This document shows positions 49,901-63,170 of a stretch of 64,000 nucleotides of DNA, one piece after another. Within the stretch, counting starts at the first letter, position 1. Every line of letters begins with the position of its first letter. The stretch comes from Azolla caroliniana (lineage: Eukaryota; Plantae; Polypodiophyta): NCBI GenBank assembly GCA_043228905.1, contig JBHGNT010000017.1, positions 186,001-250,000 on the forward strand, written 5' to 3'. A program made the translations under genes and the position numbers. Below the pieces are notes generated by a model. The model saw nothing but the letters and a program-made list of their open reading frames with translations. It did not search any database and was not told the origin of the DNA.

Positions 49901-52900
49901 CAAATTTCAGGTTTATGGGCACACTCCTTGTCCCCGTATGACTACCAAGGTTGTATTCCTTATCAAATTCCCTAGCCATAACTCATTTCATTTCCCTAGG
50001 AAATTACTGATAAACCCACACTTGTTTTTTGGTTTATGATGCATCAGTTTGTTCACCAATATTTATCTTGATTTTGTAGAGCTTCTCGACAAAAGCTGGA
50101 GGAGATCTGGCATGATTCTCTATAGGCCTGAACTAGAAAATTCTTGCTGCGCATCATATACAATACGTCTTAAGGTGGACCTGTTTAAAATGTCAAAGGA
50201 GCATATTCGTGTCATGCATCGCATGCAAAGGCATGAACGAATCTTCTTTTATTCAAAATAGTTGAAACTAATCCACTTAAAAGATAGTTCCTGATTAGTC
50301 TCACTTTCAGATATTTTAAATGATTCAGGTATATACATGGAATGTATACTGGTCCTGCCTCACCAACCAAAGATAGTGTTGAAAAAAATGAGAAAAATCA
50401 ATATGGCATGAGCAAGATGGATGTGTGTCGCAATGAAAGGAATGCAAATTTGGTTCAAGAGAAGTTTGTAGAGATGGATGACATTGCAAAACTTCTGACA
50501 ACTGAAATTCGCCATGCTATAAAGGATTGCATTTCATCTGGTGAATACCCTGCTGATGTTGAATTTCCAACCATAAAAGTGGCACGGACTAATCAATTAT
50601 CTTCGAAGAGAAGAAATGAAGTCTGTTATATGTCCAATGTTGCATTATCTTGTGCAGCAAGAATTTTAAAGCATGAAAACAGTTCTAGGATTCTCCAGTA
50701 TGCAGCCCTTTCAGAAAAGAAATCAGATGCTCATCAAAAGATAGCTGTGATGCTAGCTAATTCTATTGCAGCAAAGTTGCAGAACTATGAAAGCATTTCT
50801 CATATCAAAATTGAAGCTCCCAATGGCCGCATTAACTTCATTGTAATGGGAGTAGCAGATGCAGATTCTTCAACATTAAAACGATTATGCCATGCTAACA
50901 ATGTCCATGAAAAAGTGAACTGTAAGTTGAATACATCAGCTGCAACATCTAGTTCTTATGTGTCAAGGCAGCTTAATGGAAACATGATTACAAAGCATAA
51001 ATTTGAAATCCGTACTAAAAGATCTTCTTTTGATGCCGAAGAGTTTGCTTTGTATAGGAGATACCAGATGGCCATTCATCATGAGAATGAAAAGGATGTT
51101 ACAGAAGATGCTTTTAGAAGATTCCTGGTTGACACACCCTTGACTTTTTTGACACCTTCAGAAAATGGAAACTCGTTTTGTGGTTTTGGCTCATTTCATC
51201 AACAATATCTGATTGATGATCGGCTTGTAGCTGTTGGTGTGATAGACATATTACCTTCTTGTCTGTCAAGCAATTATTTCTTTTGGGATCCGGACTTGGC
51301 TTTTCTATCCCTTGGAAAGTACTCCGCTTTGAGGGAGATCCAATTGGTCCACGATCTGAAGATTAATTGTCCAAGTTTGGAGTACTACTATCTTGGTCAT
51401 TATATACATTCTTGTCCAAAGATGCACTATAAAGTTGGCTATCATCCATCTGAGCTTCTATGTTCTGTAAGAATGCAGTATGTTTCTTTCTCAACTTTTC
51501 CCAATGTCTTTGTTTTGTTTACTGATCATACAATGATTGCTATATTGAGCTATTTGCTATTTGGAAAGAAATACAGAATTCAAATCAATGAATTAAATAC
51601 TTTGGGTTACTCAAAATAAATATGACAAAAAGAAATATAAGATGACTATGCTTGTTGAAATTTGCACAAAAATATTATGAATGAAAAAAATGCATGTCTG
51701 AGAAATGTGAGTGGCAATCATTGCCAATGTCACAACTGGTTAAAAAATCCTTCATAATGTACAGCTGTGGAAAGTTAATACAACCAAAGAAATAGATTAG
51801 GCATATATTTTATCCTGTAATAGATGTTTATATTGGATATGTTACCATTGGTCGTAATAGGGGATACAAATTTCTTGAAGGGATTACCTTTGTAGAACCA
51901 CAATTTCAGATGACGACATCAGAGAACATGCTCATACAGATGTTATAGAGAGAAAATGTGATCATACACCTGTTTGAAGAGACCATGACAAAGTGTCGGT
52001 TGTTTGATAGTACAGTTGTGAATAAGAGCCCAGACAATGAACCAGAGAGAGGATAATCATGATACCCATTTGCCCTATACAACCAGTGTCGTGGACATGT
52101 CTTATTTTCAATGTTTGACAAGAGCCATTCTTGAATAACCATTTCTGTATTCATCTATTTCAATTTCTATGCGAGGATCGGCTCTGTAGATGGTTCACAA
52201 TGTATTTCTTGAATGGTACTTTGGACCTCCAGTCTCTTCTCCTTCATGTATTTTTATCATCCAAGATATTTGCATACCCTTTTAGTTTCTGTTTGAAAGT
52301 ATATGACATGTATGTTTAACTTGTGTAATGTATCTTTTCACATCTGGTTTAAATTTTTAGTATATTTGATATATCGAACAATATGAAGGTGGTGTATACA
52401 CATTATTACAGTTGTTCCTAATGCTTGCAATGAACTAAGATATTCTAATGATTTTGTTGTAAATCTTGTTTTTGATGCATCGATACAGGTGGGTACCATT
52501 TGATTTGGCACGACCATTGCTTGATAAGCAGCATTGTGCCTGTCTTTCAGATGGCTTACCTGAAAATGCTATAGGAGAAGAAGAGAAAAGCCAATCCATG
52601 GAACATGAATATTCTAAAAACATGGGAGACATGAATCTTGGCCAAGGAAGCCAAAGAGCAAATAGAATATTGTTGGATTCTAACTCAACTATAAATGATG
52701 ATATCATACAGGCAGTTTTATTGAAGCTAGATGATCAATATCTAAGATTTTCGGTAGGATTCTTTGGTTTTTGGTCATGACATGTTTCTTCCAATTTATG
52801 GTCCTAATTAAGTTGAAAGATCTAATATTAGATTTTGATGCTTATGTTTCATTTATGTAGAACCTGCAAGATTGGGCAATTATGCCTCAGGAGTATATGG

Positions 52901-52983
52901 ATGTATTAATAACAAATCTCCAGTGGTACACGAAAATTGTAGGTGCAAGGTTGGCAGCAAAGATGGCTTACATCATAGGTTGA
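46985..52983 (+). CDS. ATE1: Arginyl-tRNA--protein transferase (N-degron pathway), ~607 aa. Coding exons 46985-47081, 49911-49949, 50080-50230, 50329-51477, 52489-52753, 52861-52983
   Basis: The exons splice in frame (1824 nt). Motifs CGYC, GLWAHSL..DYQ, WRRSG..LY.P, CC..YTIRL, YQ..IH, GSFHQQY, VAVGVIDILP, FWDPD, YYYLG.YIHSC.KM.YK, WVPFD.ARPLL. Confidence 0.95.
48656..48998. repeat. Old ~150-bp tandem repeat (2.3 copies) in an ATE1 intron
   Basis: TATCATTGAARTGGA... recurs at ~48656, 48803 and 48956, with shared AAAAGTCTCTC and TATAGCCTTGA.TGTCCAATTTTGGA blocks. Confidence 0.75.
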
Positions 52984-54730
52984 TTTAACTTACTGCTTCA
53001 AATAACTCTAAATTTGGCAGTTTAGATGTTGCCATTATATACATTCATCCCACAAAGTTAATAGATCCGTTGATGGTCACCATTCTATTGATAAATCACT
53101 GGCAATGATGCAATAATTTGGCCTGTATATATGTAGGCTATAATGAACTTAACCCATATTGTAATGTAATGACAAATCTCAACTTTGAAGCCCCGTGTAC
53201 TTTGTAAAGGAAATGTCTTGACCTCTTTATTGTATTCTCTATTTTTTACATCTTTGTTTTATGATGTTGTATTCTAGCAATATGTCATAACACTCGGTTC
53301 TGAATCTTGCTAGTTTTAAATGCAACAATGATCAAGTAGGATGATATTGCCTTTCTTTGCTCACAATTTTCTGACATCAATATCTTATCTTGGACAGCAA
53401 TGATCAATATCAAGGAACAAGAGTTTTTGACATGGGAATTATATTTTCTTTTCTTTTGACTTGTTTATTATGCTAACAAAATTAGTTGGAGGAAACAATA
53501 ATCAAAACTATTGTATTGGTATTAATGTGCCTCCTAATGTGTGCATATCGAACGTACAAGCATCCTTCCCTTATTTTCATTGGGTGGATGAAAAGGAATA
53601 TTGATTGATTATATTCTTAAAATGATGATGATTGTAGTGAAGTTTTTGGCCTTTAGAAACTAATTCTAGTAGAAGGTTACATCTTATTAGCTATAGGGAT
53701 GTATCTTGCCCAACTACCAACAACTAGACTATAGAGACATGCTAACAAAAAATGGTGGTGGTTGTCGTTATGGTCATGTTGTGGTCGTCCCCTAGGGGGG
53801 GGGGCACTATATTGTGTGTTATTGTGCAATTCTTCCTCATCACTGTGGTAGGTACAACATGAAACGAGCCAACTTTTGGGTCATTTTTGGTATCATGGCA
53901 ACAACGTGATTGCACTTTGCCATTTGCCATCATCAACGTATCTTTGGAATAGATATCCTTTTCATGGTTGACAAATTGAGCAAGGTTACTTATCATGTTC
54001 CAAAATGGTTTTCAATGTTCATGATATTTCAAGCACCTCAGCCATTACTAATATTTCCTTGGTGTAGATTGAAAATGCTTTTCTTGTGTATGGTGAGTGT
54101 CTATGTGGTGTTTCTCATGTACTTGAGGTGGTGTCTAGTTGTTTTAGGGAGACTATGAGTTCCTTGATCTTTTGATCAACTCTATTGAGCAAGACCATGG
54201 GGTTCTCGAACTAGGGAGGACACAAAGACTAGGAGAGCATGGACGTTAGGGAACGCGAAAGCTCTTGGATGTTTAAGGCTCTTGGGGGCCGAAAGCTCCT
54301 ACGAGTCGAAATCTCGAAGGAGTCAAACGCTCCAACGAGTCAATGGCTTGAGTTGCAAGAATCTATTTCATGTGCGTGGCAGGAAGATATTGGATACTCC
54401 ACAGAAGTTAAAAAAAAAACAATTGAAACTTGTCAAAGGTTAGAGTTGAAAGCTCTCTAGGACTCATCTCCTTTGTCCTCCCACTTTCACGTAGTAGCAC
54501 AATGATGAATATGTGAGGTTGGCCTCAAGATAAACAAAAAATGTAATTAAGTTGAGATTATGAAATAATTAAACTTATGAGATTGAAAGAAAGCCTCTTG
54601 TTAGGCCGAAAGTTAGATTAAGAAAGAACCGTTTATAAAATAGGGTGTTCAAAGGTTTGGGTAGAAGATTACAACGCTATTAACTAAGAGTTAACCACTA
54701 ATACAAAACGAGAAAAGCAAAGGTAGGGTA

Positions 54731-57700
54731 TGTCATGAATTCATCAACATCATGGCTTCACCTAGGCTTGAACCCAAGACCTTATAATACATAATCAAGA
54801 ACCCAACCATTAAGATAACCTATGATCATATGAAATAATAAAAGCTACTTCTTGTAATATACGATTATTGTAAATACTCTTGAACATTCTAGAATATCCT
54901 AGAACATCTTAGAATATTCTAGGTCTAGAACATTATAGAAATCTCTAGACTATTCTATAGGAACCTATAAATAGGGGTATACATGTATTCTCAAATCAAT
55001 TCGAATCAACACCAGTCTTAAGCTCTCATCGCCTATCTTGTATCCATTCTCATTCTACTTTAATACATTCATTCTTCTCTTATCATTTCATTCCTCTCTT
55101 CTTGTGATCTCTTTATATCTTTCTTCTGTCACTCTATCTTCTGTCTTAGTTCTAACAATTTGATTCGAATTCCTCTCTCTCCTTTATCCTCCTCTATAAA
55201 CATCACGAAACCATGGCTACCATCAACTCAGAAGAATATCTCACCCTTGTTGCTGAAAAGGAGAATCTTAAATCCAAGTTCGCATCTCTTCAATTAGAGA
55301 ATCAAAGTCTTCTTGGAGACCTACAAAAGGTTACTGTGGAGAAGCAACAACAAGAAGATGAGTTTACGCGACGGGTGCAACAACTAGAGTCAACAATCGT
55401 AATTTTACAACAACAAAGAGGCGAAGTTCAAGGAATTATCAAGGAGCCCAAAATCAGCCTCCCCACTAAATTTGATGGTTTGAGGGCGCATTTCCGAGGT
55501 TCCTTGAATCAAGTGCGGTTGGTAATTCAAATGCATCTCATGTGTTATCCAACATATGCATCTTGAGTCGGGTTTGTGGGCACCTTATTGACTGGCATAA
55601 CGTTGTTGTGGTTTGCTCTATTATTAGAGACAAATTCTCCTCTACTCCATCATTTCGAGGAATTTGTCAAAGAATTTAAGGCTTGCTTTGGAGATACAGA
55701 TGGGGCAAGAACAGTGATCAACAAGATTCGTACACTACGTCAAGGTGATCAGCCAGCATCGATATATGCAACCAATTTTCATCTCATCACAAGCAATATT
55801 CCTTGGGACGAACAAGCCCTAATGGAGCAGTTTCATTCTGGTCTTCGTAGCGATGTAAAAGACTTACTTCTTACATTCCCTGAGGATCCAAAATCTCAAG
55901 ATTACAGAAGCTATTAGTCGAGCAATATGGTGCGGTAATCATCTTTTTGAGCATCGATGTGAACAACAACAACAAATAACAAGATCAAGATTCACACCAA
56001 CTTATACATCAGTAACGGAGTAGTCATCTCCAAGGCAAACATATAGCCTTGCTCCAACTCCAAGGCAACCACGTAGTCCAGCTCCAATGGATAGGCCTAC
56101 ACCCATGGAGATCGATATGACCCAACGACGTCGAGCAAACCGTCTGTGCTTATATTGTGGAGGTCCAGGACATATAGCCATTCATTGCTCCCGTAGGCCA
56201 AGACGTTAGGTAAATCAAATTCACTATGACAATAAAACTAAGTCCAACATTTTAGAAGCACTTAGTGATCCTAATATTATGAATAATCCACCCTTGTCCA
56301 ATAAGTTTGAAGTCCTAAGCCAATTAGAAGAGAAGTCAAACAAATAAGTCTGGCCAAAATAGGAGCCATTTGGTTGGAGAACTCTAGATCCGTACAACCT
56401 AGTGTAGGTTCCATTTCTTCCAAGCATGTTAGTAGAGTCTTCTTAGCCCAAGTACAAGTTAGGACACCGAGTTGTCAACTTCAAGTTCAAACCCTCTTAG
56501 ATACTGGTGCTAATTCTTGTTTCATGGATAGAGATTTTGCCCAAAAACATCAAATATCCTTGCATACCCTTCCTTGCCCGGTTTCTGTAGTAGTGATTGA
56601 TGGAAGATAATCGAAGAGTCTGAGCCAATACACATACTCTTAGGTGATTTAGGATGTGTAGTTTCCTTTCACATAATCTGTAGCTCCGAGCATCCAGTTG
56701 TCCTTGGTTTGCCATGGTTTCAGCTACATAACCCAAGAATCGATTGGAGGCGAGAAATTTGGTGCCCTTCATCAGAAAACATCATTGTTAAGGATCGAAT
56801 CCAATACTCTTCCATTAAAGAATATAGTTCTACCACTGCACCATCTCCTTTTCATCAAATCTCAACCATTACATTGCAACAATTGTCCCAACTAGGAGGA
56901 AAGGACTTGGAACTTTTCTTATTTGCAGTATCAATGCCACCTTCTAGTGGCACTCACGGGAATATCCTTTACTCAACTCAAAAAGGCATTCACATCAGCT
57001 CCTATCTTAGCGCATATTGATCCCGAAAGGCCATTTACTATTGAGGCGGATGCGTCAGAATTTGCATTGGGGAGTATTCTATCATAACCAAGCAAGGACG
57101 GGCAGTCCCATCCAGTCGTGTTTCACTCACGAAAATTTACTAATGCGGAGATAAACTACAAGGTGCACGACAAGGAGTTATTAGTTGTGGTCGACTCTTT
57201 CGAGCAATGGCGACATTTCTTGGAAGGATCGCCTCAAACACGTTCGCATTCACAAGTGGAAGGATCGCACATTCCATTTATAGATTCCTTTTATAATCTT
57301 GCGATTTTAGACAATTTTCAAAAACTTGATACACCAATATCACATGTTTTAAATAGCATGTAAATTTTGCTAATTTTTTGAGATTTAACAAGTTTCAAAA
57401 TGATAATTTCTAAAATTGAATAGTTTTTCAGTAAATGTTTAAATGTTGATGGTTTGCAGATATGAAATGTAGTTAACTTAAAGAAAATCACAATGGTTAA
57501 CTCAAGGCACAAGTTAAGATTAATGGTTTCACCATCTTGATGAGATTACGATTACATCTTTTGTTAAACTTGAAAATGTTTTAAGTATAAGAGGTAACAT
57601 TGCAATCCTTAATGTCATCATCTATAAATTTAGTGCTCATTAACATCCATAAATTCACAACTCAAGAAAGGTAGAGTCTATTTTTCAACACGAACACGAA

Positions 57701-60700
57701 CTCGATACAATGTATCGAGTTTGTGTTGAAAAACAGAGTTTTCAACAAGCTTTTTTGGGGGGTTTTTTAAAAAAATTACTTTTTTTTCTATTTATTTTGG
57801 TTTTTTGTTGTTTTTTTTGAAAAAAAAATTTGAGCTGTGATAAATGATGAAAAAACCAGAGTTTTCATCACAAGTCAATACAATGTATTGTATTCATGTT
57901 TAAAATTATTATTTTTCCATAAAACAAATTTTAAAAATTTTAAAAAATTAGAAAAATATACTTTAAACATGAACTCGATACATTGTATCGAATTGTGATG
58001 AAAAATCTGGTTTTTATATGAACTCAAGCTCAACTTATTTTATTTTATGTTTTTTAAGTCCGGTAAAAAAAACTTTAAACATGAATTCAATACATTGTAT
58101 GGAATTATGATCAAAACTCTGTTTTTTACATTAACTCGATACAACATATTGAGTTCATGTTTAAAAATCTTCTTGTTTTTCAAATAAAAGAGGTTTTTTA
58201 AACATGAACTCAAATTATACTAAAATCTATGTTTTTACAAGAGAAAATGATGCATATCGATACTGCAGAGATGTATGTTGCATAACAAGATACCTTATGG
58301 TGAACATGTGCATCATTGATTAACAAAAAATCATTAATAATTGTGTTTATGGTAATTGAACCTTGCAAATGTCATTTACATGGTCTATAAAGTATTCTCG
58401 TGGTTCTCAATGACCACTTCAAGCACTTAATGCTGATCTTCATAGTTTGGTTCATCTGCAACAGAGAAACATTTATGTGGAACAAAGGATAACAACACGA
58501 GCATAACTCAGGTGACAAGGAAACTTGCAAGAACTCAAGGTGGGGATATTAATAACCACACATGTAGATGGCCATGAGCTAGGGTACCAATTCTGCATTG
58601 GTAAAGTTTTGGACGTGATGATGCATTAAACCTTTGCAATACATCTATCATTGACATTAGTTAGGTGGATATCATTGTGTATGACTTTACACTGACAAAA
58701 GTTCGATGTTTAAGGATAACAACGATATACATAATAAAAGAGATATTACCAAGTCTAGAAGATATCTCAGATTGAAGGTGAAGAAGATTTACTACACACA
58801 ATTTGGAGACACCATTTGGTGAAGACAATGATTTGATTAGTACATTTAAAAAATGAGGAGGAAGAGTCATAATTGTATATTATCTATAGCAGTGATTCTC
58901 ATGAAAAGAATGATGATATATATGCAAATAACTCCCAAATGTATTTGTTGTGCAACTATGTGTAACAAATTTAGACAACATTTTATCGAATGAAATAAAA
59001 ACGTTTATTGTTTTAAAATCCTCTGCTTTTGATTTCTTTAAGATCTAAAAACTTATTAGTTGTCCTTTTTCTTTAAAAATACACAAAGTTACTTTTCGTA
59101 TTTCACCAAATTTTGGCATTTTTCAATTTTACCAAATGGTGAAATTTTAAACTTTTTCATCAAGTTTTAGAGAACATGTGATACCAGTATCAAGGTGTTT
59201 TGTGAAATGGCAAAAAAAACCCCAAAATCAAACAGAATATTCCTTATCCTTCCACTTGTGCGCGATCCTTCCACTTGTGAACGCGAATGTTTTCTCATCA
59301 AATCATCATTTATAGTGATCACAAAAATCTTCCGTATTTTCAAACGGCTCTAGTGTTAAATAGGAGTCAAGCTCGGTGGGCACAATTTCTAACTCGTTTT
59401 GATTTCAAGATCATTTTTCGCCCTAGGAAACAACAAGGGAAAGTGGATGCTCTGTCTCCACGATCATATCTCACACTTCGGCCTGGAGATCTGGCCTTCG
59501 ATAATCAAAAGAAAATTCTCCTAGGACCATCAAAGCTACAAGCAACAACAATTTATGCCACGCCGCTTGAATCAAGCCTTGTGGATACTATTTGGCAATG
59601 ACTTCACCCTTATGATTTCGCTAAGGATGTCTTAGCCCACATTAGTCCAAGCCATGCATCTTGCTCCACATTGCAAGGGTCATCTCAACACTATCAGGAA
59701 TTCAAATGGCAAGATGGCTTACTCTTTTGCAAGAATCTCCTTTATGTCCCTGATAGATCGCCCCGCCTTCAAGTATTGGAGCATTGTCATGATGCCCTTA
59801 TGGCTGGACATTTTGGTATTGCCAAGACAATGGAGTTGGAGAAGCGCTCGTTTTGGTGGCCTCATTTGCAAAACTTTGTTGAAGATTATCTTCGTACATG
59901 TGACACTTGTTGTCGAGCCAAAATACCCAAGCATCATCCTTATGGGTTGTTACAACCATTACCGCCTCCAACTAAGTCGTGGCAGTCTATTTCTATGGAT
60001 TTCATTATGGATCTACCACCTTCAAAAGGATTTGATACTATTTTAACAGTAGTCGATCGATTTACTAAGATGGCGTATTTTTTACCATGTGTAAAGAGCA
60101 TCAGTAGTCAGGAAACCGCAGATCTCATTATGCGTGAAGTGTTTCAACATCATGGTCTTCCAAATAATATAATTAGTGAATCGTGGTCCTCACTTTATCT
60201 CTCACTTTTGGAAGCACCTATGGGCAGGCCTCAAAATTTCCTACAAACTCTCTTCGACTTATCATCCACAAACTGACAGACAAACAGAGCACACAAATCA
60301 AACGCTCGGGCAATATCTTCGTTGCTTCATCAGTTATCAACAAGATGATTGGAGTAATATTTTACATCTTACTGAGTTTTCATACAATAACACGGTACAC
60401 TCTTCTACCAAGGTTACACCTTTCTTTTCCTACACCGGCAACGATCCTCGATGGTGTATCCTAGATCTTCTCGCACAAAACCCTAGTGCTGAGCATCAGC
60501 TTCATCAACTACACCGGATCCAATTAGCGTTATATTCACATCTTCAGACAACTCAAGCACAACATAAGACTAATGTAGATCGCCATCATCTTAAGTCTCC
60601 TTTTAAGGTTGGTGACTGAGTATGGTTGCTTCGTCGTCACATCAAGACTACTCGACCATGTGAGAAACTTAATTACACATGCGGCTTCACCTAGTCTTTC

Positions 60701-61433
60701 ATAGCTCTCTTTTGGAACCTTGTCGCACCTCTTCCATTCCTAATCGAGTTGTGCCACCTCCGCCCCCTATCCAACTTGCTGACGGCCCCAAATATGAGGC
60801 AATTGTTATTCTTGATTCTAAGATTGTGCGTAATAAGCTCTATTATCTGGTTGGTTGGGTAGGCTATCCTCCGAGTGATCGCACTTGGGAAACCATGCAA
60901 TAATGTTTTTAATGCTTAAGCTCTTGTCGACAACTTCCATCACCGCCATCCAAACAAACCAGGCCTTACATTGTTAAGGCCAACTTCCGCTCGTCGTTCT
61001 CAAATGGGAGATAGTGTCATGAATACATAAACATCATGGCTTCACTTGGGCTTGAACCCAAGACCTTGTAATACATAATTAAGAACCCAACCATTAAGAT
61101 AGCCTATGATCATATGAGATGATAAAAGTTATTTCTGGAACATTCTAGAACATTCTAGAATATCCTAGAACATCTTAGAATATTCTAGGTCTAGAACATT
61201 CTAGAACATTATAGAAATCTCTAGGCTATTCTGTAGGAACCTATAAATAGGGGCATACATGTATTCTCAAATCAATTCGAATCAACATCGGTCTTAAGAT
61301 CTCATCGCCTATCTTGTATCCATTCTCATTCTACTTTAATACATTCATTCTTCTCTTATCATTTCATTCCTCTCTTCTTATGATCTCTTTATATCTTTCT
61401 TCTATCACTCTATCTTCTGTCTTGGTTCTGACA
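54731..61433 (+). mobile_element. Tcn1-like Gypsy G2, older, RT deleted
   Basis: LTRs 54731-55157 and 61015-61433, TSD GGGTA. Decayed gag, PR (LDTGA), RH, IN and chromodomain, all homologous to G1. Confidence 0.93.
57237..59293. mobile_element. Non-autonomous TIR DNA transposon (2057 bp), superfamily uncertain
   Basis: Imperfect TIRs of ~32 bp (AACACGTTCGCATTCACAAGTGGAAGGATCGC / GCGATCCTTCCACTTGTGAACGCGAATGTTTT), CTCA on both sides. Removal restores the host RNaseH reading LEGSPHQIII. AT-rich interior with palindromic repeats. Confidence 0.85.
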
Positions 61434-62569
61434 GGGTAGGGTTGATGCTTACGATGATAGTGAGTCTAGTGGTCCATTGACCACAACTACTTTTGATAGC
61501 TATGATGCCCCAAATCGGAGTAATGTTCTCGGTCAATTTGTCCTCCCTTCGAAAACCCTCCTTGATGCCGTCACGTAACAAGCTCAGTAATGTCGGAGAC
61601 CATGTCATCCATCTAAGAAGAAGAGGAGATCGAAAAGGAGAAGTGAAGGAACAGTATACCTTCATGACAAAATGCTAAAACCCAAACGTGGGAAATGGGA
61701 GACCTCCATCTCCTCTAAGATGTTGAAACCCCTAAACAAGGAAGAGTTGAAGAAGAAAAGAAAACTAGAAGTGAAAATTGCGAAAGGAAATCCCAAATTG
61801 AAGAAGAAAACCTTGAAACTCCAAAACTCGAAGAAGAAGCCAAATTGTACTCTCTTCCCCTACTTTTATAGGGAGGGGTGCCTTATTTGCATTTAATGCA
61901 ATTATTCCTCTTTTTCTTCGAAAAGCAAAAGGGGAATAAATGCTCCTTAAAAACGTTGGTGGTTGGACTATCAAAGAATCAAACTCTACACCCCCCTTGA
62001 ACTAAGTGAGAATGGATATAATCATTTGACTATTCACTTCTAATTATGTTTTATAAATCATATGTTGAGAATCAAGCTCAACCTAGTCTAATGTGTGAAC
62101 ACGCCATTTGAGAATATATGAGCACTCAGTGATCAAAAATCACCATTACTCTCTACACATTAACTATGTGTCATAGAATCATATTCTATGACACATAACT
62201 AATGAGCTCAATATTCCCCATGACTAATGAGTCTCCAACAGTGCTGGACAAAGTCCTTTGAACAGTGTCAGTGTTCCGGTTACGGTGGGACTTTTGTCGA
62301 CCAATGTGGGATGGGGAAGAGCCGGAATTTATTTCTGTTAGAATTTTCCAAAAATTGAAATCTAGCCTATTCATATTTTTCGAACCGGCTATTTATGGAA
62401 TTCTTATATAAAAAATGTTTTAAAAAACGTTTTTATGTTTCTTTACCTTGAATTCCCTCTTTCCTCCTCAACCCCCTTTTTTCCCTAAAACAGGCAAAGC
62501 CCCCCGCCCTTTTTCTGCATAGCTTCATTTTGTTTGCTCGTGTTTCGCCATCGCTACCAGGCCCCAAGG

Positions 62570-62604
<35 letters not shown>

Positions 62605-63170
62605 ATTCTTTTGTTCATCCTGCTTGTGTGTATGTAAGTCTAATTCTCCATTTGCTCTTGTTTCTCCATGGCTACCAGACAAATGGAGAAGGAAGAGCTC
62701 CTTCTCCATTTGCTCTTGCTTCTCTATGACTGTTAGGAAAATGGAAAAAGAAGAGCTCCTTCTCCATTTGCACTTGTTTCTCCATGACTACTAGGGTTCT
62801 CTCTCTCTCTCTCTCTCTCTAATTCTTTCGTTCATCCTACCTATGTGTATGTACTACTTAATCCCACGCCCACATAGATTTTTCGTGTGTTTTTGTTTTC
62901 TGTCTGTACTTAAATTCTTTCTCTGCTCACATACACCTCTTTCTAAGGCATGTCTTCCTTCGTCTTGTTGTACCATCTCTTTCTCTCTCTCCATTTCTAT
63001 TCTCCGGTAAAGCTTTCTCCAGTCCCTCTCTCGCTCAATTTTTTCTGCATCTCTTTCTTCATTGTTTCTCATATGTTGTTTGATTATTTGATTGTTTCTC
63101 CCTCCGCAGATGTGGTAGGGTAACGCAAAATTTGATATTTGTGTTATGTTTTTTCCTTGGCTGTGAACAG

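Noticed and set aside
51478-51619. C-terminal tail of the 425-aa ORF (YVSFSTFPN...)
   Set aside because: Read-through into an intron; the true frame continues at 52489 (QWVPFD).
58250-58960. Possible transposase remnant inside the TIR element
   Set aside because: No recognisable motif or sustained reading frame.
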